Shown in pieces: positions 37,816 to 50,586 of a stretch of DNA of 64,000 bases. Where the stretch lies: the NCBI GenBank assembly GCA_038496445.1, contig JALMLS010000510.1, positions 1 through 64,000 of the forward strand, in the 5' to 3' direction. Position numbers and translations under genes: made by a program. Source of the stretch: Trichosphaerium sp. ATCC 40318. Taxonomy: Eukaryota > Protista > Tubulinea. The notes beneath the pieces are model-generated. The model had not been told where the DNA came from. It did no database searches and saw only the letters and a list, made by a program, of their open reading frames with translations. Position 1 is the first letter of the stretch, and each line of letters opens with the position of its first letter.

Positions 37816-38579
37816 TATTGTCTGTTTCATTCAAGTTTTGAGACAGACTGACTTTTAGCAAAAAAACTCCAGTTTCTGCCCGATCTGTCAGATCTGACGG
37901 ATTTGACACTTCTGACAGATCTTGCAAATTGTCATTTTTTTAAATGTGATCTACCCTCACGTGAATCCAACCATTTCAAACCCACGTGATTTAACAAACC
38001 CGTAGCAAAAAATTTTATTTACATATTTGACGCCTGGCGGCGTTTACAAAGCCTACAGCAACGCTGGTGGTGTTTTGGGGCGGTTTTGACGTTGTTACAC
38101 CTTCATTGCTGCTTGGATGCTACCATAGCGCTTCTGTTAGCGTGGGGTAGGCGCTAGCGTAGCGCTAGTAAGTTATACACGTACGTTGATTTTTTGAAGC
38201 AAAACATACAGCAAACAGTGTTTTGAGGCATTCATATCGTGTTTGGTGGTAATGCGATAGCTTTGTAGGACATCATACCTTTTTAATTCGCTTTTAGCGC
38301 ATTGAACACCTCTGTGGTTTGATCGTACCGTGTACAGTTGGCGTAGGTAAAATACTGCGATCTTCAATGGTATGTTGAAACTTACATTGAAAATTTTGCT
38401 ATCACTTACCGTAAGGTACCTAAGTCATACAATGAAGGACAACATTGTAACACAAATAGTTCACATTGTGATAGATCTACACCATTTGACAGAAGTGTCA
38501 GATCTTGTTAGATCTGCTAAAAGTGCTAAAAACTCACTTTCTAGAAAATATTAGTAAAACTTGAATGAAACATACAATA
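37816..38579. mobile_element. Foldback/MITE-like element with patchy inverted termini
   Basis: TATTGTCTGTTTCATTCAAGTTTT vs AAAACTTGAATGAAACATACAATA, plus ACTTTTAGCA/TGCTAAAAGT and TGACACTTCTG/CAGAAGTGTCA inverted blocks. Confidence 0.55.
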
Positions 38580-39701
38580 CAACGTTTTGGAAGCCCAGAG
38601 ATTTTAAAAGCTTTGCATTAGCGGCATATAGATTAGTGCCTATCCCTTTACGCCCATAGGCAGGCTAAAAGTCAAAAAGTAAGTAAATGTCAGAAAAAGG
38701 GTTAAAAACAAGCGTACATCAACTGTTAGGCCAACCCAATGCACCCAGATACCACGCTTCTTAATACCGCTATGAGCAGTCTAAAACTCGTCAAAATGCC
38801 TTTACCACAAGTTTGCGTACGCTACAGCTTCTGGAGAACATAGGTGTACTTGAGGTGTCAACCCAATCTGCAGCGAAACGAACGCCAACAACCTGATCAA
38901 AACGCCTTTAGTTTGCTTGTCTCGCTGCTTTATCAAATTTTGACGCATTTGTACCTTCCCTGTAGCTGAGTCTTTGGCAATTGTAGACTTTCCAATGCCT
39001 CACAAACGCATCAATACTGTCTACAGGTGGCATCACGTGAGGTATGTTTGTATCAGCACTTCCTCCATTATTAAATAAGCTGGTCTTGTCTGAGATACAG
39101 GAAGTGCTGATACAAACATACGAGTGTAGAGGCCAAGTTATGTGTTTGTTACTTATCACGTGCGAAAGATGGCAACAAATGACTTCTGCGAAAGCTGTGC
39201 TATTTTATGGAACAGCGGAAGTTGTACTACTTGTGCTACTCGCTATAGACGCTGCTGCGAACTGGTAACCTTTTGGCTATGGTGACCTTTTTGAATATTG
39301 TGGAGCAAATGTTCGAATTGACGTAGTTGCAACTCATTGAAATGGAAAAAAAATAAAATTCTCTGAACAACACAGTATTTTTACGCTCGGCCCAAAATAG
39401 TAACAAGTTCGCGAAAGTAAACTATTTTTGAGAGTATTTCTACTAGTCACTTGCTCCCTTTGAATCTGTCGTACTGTGTGGCTATCAGAGAAATATATCA
39501 GAAAGAGTTGCCACTAGACAGTATTGATAAAAAAAAATTTCTTCAAAATCTGTAGGTTTTCACCCTATTCGCACTACAACTACATTTGTACGTGGAAAGC
39601 TATAACCACAATTTTTTTCTTTTTTATTTGCTCGTAGTTAAATAAGTTATCTCCCAGATCTACTAATGTGGTGCAGATAGTCAACGTGTCTTTCATCGTT
39701 T

Positions 39702-39814
39702 AAGGTCATTGGTTCGAATCCGATTCAGGCGTCGATTACGCCTCTTGCAGTGAAATCTGCAAGTGGCGGTTAGCCTGGTAGCTCAGTTGGTAGAGCGTAC
39801 TCCTAGTAAGAGTT
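39702..39814 (+). tRNA. Circularly permuted tRNA-Thr(AGT)-like gene (3' piece 39702-39732; 5' piece 39772-39813)
   Basis: A-AGGTC-ATTGG-TTCGAAT-CCGAT-TCAGGCG-T precedes AGCCTGG-TA-GCTC-AGTTGGTA-GAGC-G-TACTC-CTAGTAA-GAGT. GCCTGG/TCAGGC pair 6/6. Confidence 0.7.
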
Positions 39815-40185
39815 TATAATTACATCGTTTCATCAGTCTGGCTGGTGGTTTAAGATAAACCCTGGCTGGACTAATAAAATTTAAAGTCACGTGATGCGAT
39901 CACCACTTTTTTTTTTAGTTTCCATACCAAACTAGCACATTATTGAAGACATTCAAGCGCTGAAAAGTATCCAACACGTTATATAATCGCGTATGTTGTA
40001 ATTAACAGGTAGAGGCAAGACTGTGGCGTCTTTTGAAGAGCGTACCTTGCTTTGTTCAGGCTTTTTTTGTTTGTAAATGACAGGTACACTATTGTTTACA
40101 ACGCTTTTGTCCTCTATACCAATGACTGATGAGGATACTCCGGAAAACAAAACCAACATAGTAAGCATTTATTTTATTTGGCGTA

Positions 40186-40810
40186 TTAAGTGTTCATACA
40201 AGCAACGTCGCGAGTACATCTAGTCTTAGCTTGTACACACCAAGCGCAATCCTTCATTCCAGCAATAGCGTTTGCGATATTTGGAGGTGATGACTGAAGA
40301 GCTGCTATTCAAGTTTTTAAAACCACCAAGTCTTGGACAACCCAAGTTAAACGACATGTCAACAATAGCAGATCCTTGAGAGCTTGTAAGCCTGCTGAAG
40401 TTTGAGCCCACATAAGACTTTGCGCAGCTCAATGCTGTGGCAATATCTTGGTTAAACAATGTTCTTATTTGCCCGTCGTTCAAGCATTCGGTACCTACAC
40501 AAAAAAGAGCCTTCATTGATACACAGATGTTGTCATACGTTTTTGCAACTGACCGGTTTAATTTGCCTAGCTTGTTAACACACTGCCATTGTAACAAGTT
40601 TGTTTAAATTAACATCACACCTTGCTCAGGTTAATGACTGTACCGCTTAGATGTAGTAATTCCTGTTGTGTTGGTAGCCTGAGCTACGCATGCTGCATAG
40701 GAATATTAGATATTCTTTTTGATAAGCGGTTACAATAACGAAACCCAAAATGAAAGTGTACTTTCCTTATTGATCATAAAAAGAACAATATCTTTTATCA
40801 TCCATTTTCA
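40186..40810 (-). pseudogene. GH24 (T4-type) lysozyme pseudogene
   Basis: LFNQDIATA...FSRLTSSQGSAIVDMSFNLGCPRLGGFKNL...MKDCAWCVQAKTRC. Catalytic N-terminal region degenerate, with a stop (DDKRYCSFYDQ*GKYT). Confidence 0.75.
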
Positions 40811-40825
40811 TCCAAATTATCAAGT

Positions 40826-41053
40826 ATGTTGAAGCTCATCTGCTTGTTTCCACTATTAGCTATTGTAGCATCATTACAGGCAAGAAAATGGCGCAGCGAC
40901 TCCAGACCTTGCTACAGCCTGCAATCAGATACCCAACCTGATAGACAATAATGGAAACTACAACTTCGGCATGATAGCCCACACTACACCTATGGAATCA
41001 ACACACGTATCATATGCTCCAGGGGATACTCCCAGTACGTACACTATGCAATG
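40826..41053 (+). pseudogene. Possible small secreted protein with frameshift or stop
   Basis: MLKLICLFPLLAIVASL signal-like start, then an open frame in another phase. Confidence 0.25.
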
Positions 41054-41596
41054 AGAGGCATTACGAACCTGTACAGCTATGTCAGCTATGGGGTGGCGGT
41101 GACAGCTATGGTTTTGAAAGAAGCACAGTAGGGTTTGTTGTCATTTTTTGGCGCTCACATAGAAAACTCGCTGTTTTCGGCTTTTTGGCCTCTCGCTCCT
41201 GAAACGCATACAAATAGTCGAACTTGGCTCTTCTACGCATGTAAAGCCCACATAGAGGCGGACACGTTAAAAGTGGAAGCCGACATGCGATGTCAGACGC
41301 TTACATCCTATAGCTTGTAATGGTCCTCCAACAACGTCCTGAGTCGCGATTTTACAGCTTTTGTAGTTGTATCGTTTTTCTTACAGTATACTTACTAGTA
41401 AACAATCTGTGAGCGTTTCTAAGCAACACAGTTGTGATCGCTAGCTGTATTTCCTAATTAGGTGTTTTCGTTGTTGTACGCTTACTCCACTCACAAGCAA
41501 CGTAGAACGGGTAGTTAAATGATAATAAGAGACATAGTTACTTTTTTTACGCCAGAAGCAACAAAACACGAAAGTATCGTTAAAACGAGTTTATTT

Positions 41597-41981
41597 TCAC
41601 TTGCTGTTCTCGTACAACTCTTCAAAAGTGACTTTACCCTACAATCAAGTTAAAAATTACGAAAAAACTACAAAAACTAAAGAACTATAAACGTACGTCT
41701 CCGTTGGTGTCCATACTCTTCAAAAATGCCTTTGCTTCGGCTTCTGAGTGTTCTTTCTTAATACCCCACTCTTGCATTACCTAAATAACACTGTCAGAGA
41801 TAGCGTATGACGACTGAGAGGTCTGAAAGGGGAAGAGAACACCTTTTACATAAACTTTTCTCTAACTCCGCTTGTCGGGTTTTTTTTAAAGCAGTACCTG
41901 CGTTGCTTCTTCGAGGGTGATGTAACCATTACCATCCTTATCGAATTTGGCGAAAAGTTCTTGTGCTTCTTGTTTGTTCAT
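41597..41981 (-). CDS. Small two-EF-hand calcium-binding protein (3 exons)
   Basis: FAKFDKDGNGYITLEE and MDTNGDGKVTFEE. Confidence 0.9.
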
Positions 41982-42399
41982 TGTGTACTGATTGTGGACA
42001 AAATGTCAGGTCAACAGAAAACTCGTACGAGTAATTTGATTTCTCTCATTGACGCCTGAGCATTTTGCTAGTTCTTAACTTCCATTCATTGTATATGTAC
42101 TGCCTGGAACTTGTACTTATATTACATAATACATGACCATTATTTGCATCTTGAACCTACTAGTTAAATCAAACTAATCACTGGGTGTTAAGCCATCCGC
42201 GATAGTTATACAGCCAACAGAACCAGAATTTTGCAATTCATATGGTGGCAAGGCTATCCTTTTTAAATACTATACAGTGAGTTTTTATGGCTGACAAGCA
42301 CAGCGATGTTGTGACTTACTTACGTTCATTTGTATCAACACAATGGGAACTGCTCTCGTACCAATAATTAGCAACTCTCGTAACGAACATAAGGCCTTT

Positions 42400-44418
42400 A
42401 TTATTCTTTCTTTTTTCTTCTTTTTTTAATTATAATTGTTTTCCGTTTTGTTGTTGTCTGGCGTTGCCTTTTACGTACTCTTGCACTCCTTCTTACTGTA
42501 GAATTTTCATCATCTCTGTCACTATCATCTTCTACTTCATCACATGTACTCTGTACAAACTGCAAGCGACCCTACATCCACATTAGCTGAAAAGTTCAGT
42601 AAGGGCTAATATACCTTTATCCATTTGGCTTCTTTTGTTATCTTGTACTTTTCATAAAATTGTAGTAATTTACCATAACGATCCACAACATCTGCTCCCG
42701 TTGCATGACAAACTTTATGTAAATCCACAGGGCACAAAAACATTGGCTGCAACATAGTTAAATCGATGAAAAGCTTGTTCATGGTTAATCACGTTACCTG
42801 TGCAAAATCTTCTGGAAGATGTCCTGAGCCTTGCATAATACACGAGTAATACGCACAATGAAGTATACCGAACATATGTCCAATTTCATGAGCTGCAACC
42901 TAATGTAAACGCTTAGTCATGTTTGTGCGGTTTTTTTTTAGTTTTTGAAGAAAGAGGTGTACCTTACAACTACGTTGTAATAGTAGTTTTTTAGATGTAG
43001 CAGTTTGACGTTTTGATGGCTCTGAAAAGTTTGGGTCGTATCTAGCAAAGCTAAATGCACCTACAATTGAAGGTTGTTAATGACAACAAAGTCGTGATTT
43101 GCGATTTATGAAAGTAAAAAAAAAGTTCTCCTTACCGACTTTGTGGGGTGGTGATGCCATTCCAACTGTGAACCAGTCTTTATCACCATCATATAAATCT
43201 TCCATTGTAATAGCAAGCTAAAGTCTTTATCAGCATGATAGTTTTCACTAAACAAAGTTGACGCTTAAAACCAAGAAAAAACTGAGAAATGTCATGTGTC
43301 AAAAAACAAAATGTACCAAGCAATAACCATCATCAATGTCCTCCATTATATCAATAAGCATATCCAATAAAGGAACAACTTTAAATTGTCTAGCATTTTT
43401 GGGTGTTCGATCAACATAATAAGGATGACAATGTCTTCAAGAACAAAGCAAAAAAAAATTAGCATTATCCCAATGTAAAGAACAAAAAAAACTTGAGCTA
43501 TTGTACGCTCCAACTCTCTAAAAACTTTCAAAAAAAACATGTGGTGTATGTACCGAGACTCCATTGACCAAGCTAAAGAGAACAATTAGTAACAAATAAA
43601 ACAAACGTAATACTAAACAAGGACTCAAAAAAAAAAACAAAAAAAATAAAAAAAAACAATGTTGTTCTTGATCTGCAAGAACGACTATTTTAACTGAACT
43701 GTAGTTTGAATACTTGGAAAATTCGGGCTGTTGTAGCTACTATTAATAGCAAAAAAGAGTTTTTACCCATGCTGGTGCACGTGTATGACAAGAGAAATTA
43801 CAAAAATAAATTTCGCAGTTTACTTACTATCTCCATCGTAGGTGGCAGTGCAAGTTGATTTTGTTGCTTTGAATGAACCAGCCGGTAATATTTTTACCTC
43901 CCAAGGATGATAAAAAGCGCTTTGGACAAAAACGTTGAGACTTCAGTATGAAAAAGCTCTTAACGTACCTGCAGTACTCTTTAATAGCGTCAACGCTTAT
44001 TTTTGTGAATGTTCCGATTGGTAGAATGTAAATCTTCTTTTCGCTGTCTTTAACCCTGATTATACAATTAAATACATCGTTTAAACGCTATTTATTGCCT
44101 TTCGCGCTTCCAAGATAACGCCCATCGATTGAATGGCTGAACATCACTTGGGTATTGCGCTAAATAATCATCTGTATGTGTGGGAGCGGGTATAGGACCA
44201 AAATGGTCGATGTGAGGTTCATAACAACGCGGGATTTTTGCGTTTCGAAATCCAATCGCTATGAAAGGTCTATTAGCGTTCCTTTTGATGATTATTAGGT
44301 ATACCAGGCTCTTTTGCACGTTCTTTTGGTAACAACCACTTAGAAATACGTTAAAACAAACATAAACGATGTAGCAGCAATAAAAACTTACTTTCGATGC
44401 GTATGGAACTGTTGTCAT
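42400..44418 (-). CDS. Archaemetzincin-like zinc metalloprotease (M54)
   Basis: DDYLAQYPSDVQPF...KIYILPIG...AFSFARYDP...VAAHEIGHMFGILHCAYYSCIMQGS...PMFLCPVDLHK. Confidence 0.9.
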
Positions 44419-44571
44419 GATAGTACTTGCGAACAAATTTACACTTTTTTGTCACTTAGTTACATGTCACGTGTTTTCTCCTAGGTAGTACATTCGGCTC
44501 AAGCTTGCTTGCCAAGAATCTCAACCATAAAGGCTAAGAAAATGTAATCAACTTAGCAGGAACAAGATATA

Positions 44572-44693
44572 TGTACTTCAATGTATCCGGTGCGCGTACC
44601 AACACCGCGAACCAAGTATTTTCACCATGTTTTCGTGTAATTCAGCTTGTTTATAGAACCTTGTACCTGGCTTGAATGTGAAGCTATCTGAAA
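44572..44693 (-). pseudogene. Decayed fragment of the jacalin-aerolysin gene
   Basis: GTACTTCAATGTATCCGGTGCGCGTACCAA and GTACCTGGCTTGAATGTGAAGCTATCTGAA match 33767-33797 and 33882-33911. Confidence 0.65.
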
Positions 44694-44888
44694 ACCTTGT
44701 GTTTTTTTTTTGATTGGTTGTTTTGTGAACTACTACTTTCGTTTGCTAGCGTATTGTTGAAAATACAGTCCTTTGATAAGCACGTGAACATCTTCTTTGT
44801 AGTCTACTTGAGAGGTTCTATGTTTCATGCTAACTTATGGTGTTTAGCGTATCTTAAGTCAAAGCTTTAGCCTTACAACAAATACAAC

Positions 44889-47100
44889 ATGTGGATTCTT
44901 CTTCTCGTTATAATTGTTTCGCTGTTCGTAATAGCGACTGTCTATAAGAACTTGCGTAACAAAGCTATGAATCTTCCTCCAAGTCCCATAAGCTTACCAA
45001 TTATCGGTCACGCTCATTTATGGACTAATCCTAAGGATATGATCAAGTACGGAAAACCTACAAAGATTTTCTTAAAACCACGCCGCTATCACGTGTTCGC
45101 GAGCTGCATCGGTGTCAAAGAAATGTTGTTTTAAAACCAACCGTAAAAAATATCACGTGCCTAAAGTAAACCACCTCATTCTTTATCATAAGGACTGCTA
45201 TGGCTTTTTCGAAGACTCTAGGCGGTATTTACAGCATGCAATTTGGTAGTCAAACGGTAATAATTTATTTAACTACCTCGTTCTTTGTTCAAACAAGCGA
45301 AGCTTGTTATTTTACGAGAAACTTTTTTTCAACTAACCTTTTGTGTCTTTAGACGATTTTTATATGTGATCCAAAGCTCATAAAGGAAGCTTGTATTACG
45401 CACCGTGCGATTATGTCTGATAGGTAACCTCTCTTGTCTTAATCTCAACTGATTTAACATACTGTAGGCCACGCAAAGAGCTCAAAGGTCTCCGTATTAA
45501 TTACGCAAAAGATCCCAAAGGAGGTAAGGAATATTCTTAATTTGCAATTAATTTAGTTGTTACCTCAAGGAATGATAATTTCTGATCACAATGAATACCA
45601 CACAACATACAGAAAGCTATTCAGCAACCATTTTACATCAGGCGAAGGCATGAAAGTACGCTGAGGCCGAACAAAATAGCAATTAATAGGTTTTTTTTTC
45701 CAGAACATCAAACCGATTATTGCCTTTGAAATTAAAGATACACTGGAACGGTTGACGAATATTGCATCGGAAAATAAGGTGATCACAGGGAAGGAAGTAT
45801 CATACGCACTAACATTCAATGTTATTACAAAACTGTTCTTAAACAAGAGAGGCTGGAATCATCCGAACAAAGATGTAGCTGACGTTTTTCATATCACAGC
45901 AGAAGTTGTAGATTTCGTTTTGGTGCCTTTTCTGGAAGATTTATACGCGCCGCTTGCTATATTTGATAAGCAGAGAGTACGTCAGATGTGTTTGTACTTG
46001 ATTTAACATTATCCAGGTCAAGGAAATTACAGAGCTTATCAAAAAAAGAGATGCTCTTTACATTCGAATATTAGAGGGCGAGCGTAAAACGTTCAAACAA
46101 GGTGTCACACGTCACTGGTTGGATATCATATTTTCGGAGCATCCCGAAAAGACAATAGATGTTCTTGTACCGTTAATGTCAGAAATAATTGCAGGAGGAT
46201 TTGATACAACTGCACATGCTCTTCAAACGTAAGACTTTGTTACGTTTTTTTTTGAGGGTAAACAAAAACCTCCCTGTTTTCTTCTTTCAGACGGTTATCA
46301 CGTGAAAGAAATTACCACATTATTTACCGAAAAAATACCCAGACCACAAACCAAACAATTACAGGAAAGAATATAGGCAGTCTACAAGAAAAACCTTGAA
46401 GTTGTTTGTTCAAGCTTTGACTGATTAATTACGTTCTAGTTCTGTTACTATTCTAGCTAAACACCCAGACATACAAGAAAAACTAAGAGATGCTGTTAAA
46501 GACGTAAATGTAGACGAAACTCCTTTAAAGGTACCTCAGTAAATGAGCCTAGATTATACTCACGTTTGTAGGATCTTCAAAATATTCCGTATCTCAGAAA
46601 TTTCGTATTTGAGGTTTTCAGGATCAAACCGATTTTACCTCTTCTTGTTGTTCATAAAGCAAGAGAACAAGTTGAATTAGGAGGATACACTATACCTAAA
46701 AACGTATGTCACTATATAAATTGTCTAAGAGTTAACCGCTTGGAGATAAACAGGCGATAATACAACTCGTACATCAATACGAATGCAAAAGTGAAAAACT
46801 CTGGAAGAATCCAGAAGAATTTGATCCTTCTCGATGGGATGATCCTCCACTGAATATCTACCCATTTGGGTACGTACTCATCACTATACAGTATCATAAT
46901 CTAAACGATTTATTTAAAGGCAAGGAGTAAGACGTTGTCCTGGAGAAAGAATTGGAAAGATTATTTTGTTCAAAGCTGTTGCTTCTTTTGTTCAACGATT
47001 TTCTTGGAAAGAAACAGAAGTACCAAACTCAATGGATGTTGAATTTGCAAGCATCAGTAAGTTCGTAAAAGAACCGCGCTTCTATGCACAAGTGTTATGA
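44889..47100 (+). CDS. Cytochrome P450, paralog of 30047-32084
   Basis: Same intron positions; LPPSPISLPIIGHAHLW, AGGFDTT, EVFR, FGQGVRRCPGE. Confidence 0.92.
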
Positions 47101-47489
47101 AGTATCAAATGGCGAAAAAACAATAAATAGAACCCTTGAATTATTATGTTCTTTGATAGTAGCTAGAGAGCCAAGATATGATATTGTTAAACAAATACTT
47201 TGCTACTATTTAAGCCAAGGGGGGGGTGTAAAATAGTGTATTTGCGATATTTAGTTTGATAAGATCAGTGAAATGAGGTACTCTAATCTCTTTTTCGAAA
47301 ATGACAAGACTTGCCCAATATATGATTTTGTAACGATTGTAACATTGGTTAAATATGTTTATTTCATGAACAGGCGACAAAATTGAAGATACAGTAGATT
47401 GTACTACATGAGGATCTCGTTGGGAGCGATAAGTATGCTGTAAAAAAACAAATAAAGAATACAAACGTTCAAAGTAAAGAACTTGATAT

Positions 47490-48614
47490 TTACCACCAAA
47501 TCTCAAATCCTTTGTGCCCGTCATTGTCTTTAAAAGTACCATTATACATAATACCATCAACAGCTAAGTGTCCTGTGTCTAACCATTTCTTATACACACC
47601 GTGTTCTTTGCCATCAATAAAAGTTGTTTCAATATAAAGTTGACCATTCTCATGCCATTGTTTATAGCTTCCATGATTCAAACCGCGTTTCATATACATA
47701 TCCTTAACCTTTTTACCATCTTGGTAAACAATCACGTGACCATGTTCCTTGTTATCGATAAAAAAAGAGTCCAAACATAGTTCTCCATTTGTATACCACA
47801 TTTTAAAAGGACCTTCTAACTTATTGTCTTTATACACCGACTTAACGTGTACTATTCCATTTTCATGCCATTGTGTACATTCACCGTTAAGAAGGTCTTT
47901 TTCAAATGTACCCAAGAAAATAAGTTGTCCACAGTCCGCCCAGCCACGCCAATTTCCTTCTTTTTTCCCATTTTTCTTGACACCTTTTGATCTCATGTTT
48001 CCGTTTGAGTACCACTCAATATCTTCTCCATCTATAATACCTTCATTGTAATAACACTTCTTCTTAGGTTCTCCGCTAATATAAAACTGCTCAAAAAGAC
48101 CATCCAGTTTACCGTTTTTGTAGTAACAGCTAAGTTTAACAACTTTGTCAGCGGATTCTCTTAAACTAAAAAACTCTTTGTAGCTTCCGTCCATCAAACC
48201 TTCTTTCATACATGAACGTACAACCACACGCCCACCATCACACCAACGCATCCAAACACCAGACTTTCTCAAGTCCTTATCAAAGTGGGTACTCTCGGCC
48301 GCATTGTAACACAAACAATGGAATTTCTTAAAAACTTCAGAGTCAAGAGAACAAATACTCTGTAGAATCTCTGGAGGAAGTCGAAGTAGGTAACTAGTCT
48401 CTTCATGTTGTTCAGCTCCTAAACTATGTCATGCCATAGACTTCAACAAAGATAAGAAGTTGGTACCTTCATCGTCATGTTCTGGAACATTAGTACATGA
48501 TAGACGTTTGTTGAACCAAAACCGCCAAGCTCGTGATATCGAGGTGTTCAACGTCCGAAACACAAAGGATGTTACGCAAAAATTATACAGAGACACTAAA
48601 AACCAAAGATTCAT
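47490..48614 (-). CDS. MORN-variant repeat protein with F-box-like N-terminus and a probable 5' intron
   Basis: LLRLPPEILQSI followed by WYSNG/WHENG repeats. The in-frame TGA at 48429 lies inside a GTACC...TTTAG intron (~48465-48419). Confidence 0.8.
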
Positions 48615-48995
48615 TATGGTAGTGCGACTGGGAAGCTAAAAACGTGAGTTTAAAGCTACTATTGAGAAACGGCTTCAACTTTATTTTTCTGTCAAGTAGC
48701 CTATTGACAAGAAACTATGAGTACCTTGTAGATGCAGCGCTTGTATCGTAGTTTAAAGCAGTTTGTATAAGACGTAGAATTGGTGGGAATTTCGCAACAA
48801 ATTCGTATATCTTTATTTAAACCCGTTTTATGCTTGTAGCTCCTTGTGAAGTTCCCCTAAGTTCATGTTATACCCTTTATCGTATTTTTGAGTCATTTAC
48901 AAGTAGCTGGTGCACAAGTCATCATTTTGAAAAAAAAACGTTTTTTGAAGCTCGTTCTTCACAAGTCTTTCACAAAGTTTACGTAAAACTTCCCG

Positions 48996-50419
48996 ATGAA
49001 GCTTGTCTATTTATTAATAATCTTGCTATCGGCTATGCCATTTGCTTCAACAAATGATTGTCAGTATACTTACGATGGTATTGATAGCGGACCAAGTAAT
49101 TGGGCAACTTTTTGTTCCGCACCAGGTGCGTATTAATACTAATTTTAAAACGCCCTGTATTAAATAGTCATTGTTGCCTATTGAAATTTCAACTGGCGCA
49201 CGTGATTAAATTTTAAAATTTGTTAATTAATTATTGCGCTTTTGGTCACTATTTCGTATGGAGAGCGTAGTTACTTCATTTTCAACGTGTTTGCGAAGTT
49301 GGATAAAAAAAGAACTCGAACATTTTTTCTAAAACTTTGTATTAGCATGTGATGCGTCTAGTCAGTCCCCTATTGATATTGATACAGCTGAAGCAATATT
49401 AGATACTTCCCTAAAACCACTGGTATGGGTTTTTTGCTTATTTTAGTACTAACACGTTTTTAGGAGGCTAAGTACGGCGTGAGAGCGATATATGAAGTAG
49501 AAAACACTGGAAACACAATTCAGAGTAGGTTTTTTTGATCTTTTTTCATCGACGTCAAAGCTGTTTAACAGACTGTAGTTAACATCGATGGTCAGTTAGT
49601 GGGTACTATCATCGGTGAACAAGGCCTTGCGGTAGAATACATTAAATTACACTCGTTCAGTGAGCATACTCTGGATGGTAAAAAGTTGTCAGTGGAACTT
49701 CAACTGGTACTTTTTTTTTAAACGACGGAGTAAAATTGGAATGCTTATTGAATTTACAGGTTCACACTCACACTCAAAGTTCAAATATAACTACTATTAT
49801 TAGTATACTATTTCAAGTATTATCAGGAGCTTCAGACGACGATTTTTTGGACTCTGTGCGTCAAGATTTTTGGTTTAAACAAAAACCAATGCTCATTTTA
49901 TCACTAACTTCACTTTTAGCTAACACGTTTGCTTCCAACACAAGATGGTGATAAGGCCACTATAGCTCTTGATGTACACTTTTATTACCATGTGGTCTAA
50001 TATTCTTATTGCCTATGTAGCTTCAATTGATGTTAGGTCCTTCTGTTAGTAACAAAGAGTACTTTCATTACAACGGGTCTTTGACATCTCCTCCTTGTTC
50101 AGAAGACATTTCTTGGTTTGTAATGAAGGATGTCAGAGCTATAACAATGACACAGTTTGATTCTCTTAGAAGCGCATCTGCTCTCAACGGAAATGCGAGA
50201 CCAATACAGCCTTTGAATAATCGCAATGTTACGAAGTTCATTCCTGAACCGACTGACGCACCAACGACTGCTATGCCTGCTTCCCCAACAGACTCACCTA
50301 CTGAGGCGCCTACTATACCGTCTCCTTCTACTACGACATCACCTACATCAGGGTCTAAAAGAGTGTTGTTGTGTATTGCTTCAGTGTTAACACTTGCTGC
50401 ACTTTCGGTGTTAATTTAA
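48996..50419 (+). CDS. Secreted, GPI/TM-anchored alpha-carbonic anhydrase-like protein (probably acatalytic)
   Basis: Signal peptide, GPSNW, QSPIDI, SEHTLDG, YNGSLTSPPCSE, NARPIQPLN, P/T/S stalk and hydrophobic C-terminus. Confidence 0.88.
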
Positions 50420-50586
50420 AACAGACTGCAAAACAGCAGAGTATTTCGAACATGGCAGTAGTATAGTTGATAAAAATATAAACAATAAAGACACTACAAT
50501 GTTTGTTGTAATCGATTAGATGTTAAATGACTGAAGTCAAGGTTGTTCAACTATTTTATTATTATTTCGGTCTCACAGTGTTAAGC

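Noticed and set aside
39650-39880. Group I intron core (GACTA/TAGTC)
   Set aside because: Only 5-nt matches, in the wrong order, with no P/Q/R/S context.
39680-39900. Two-piece (permuted) tmRNA
   Set aside because: It has a full D stem and anticodon arm, no G3-U70 pair and no recognisable tag ORF.
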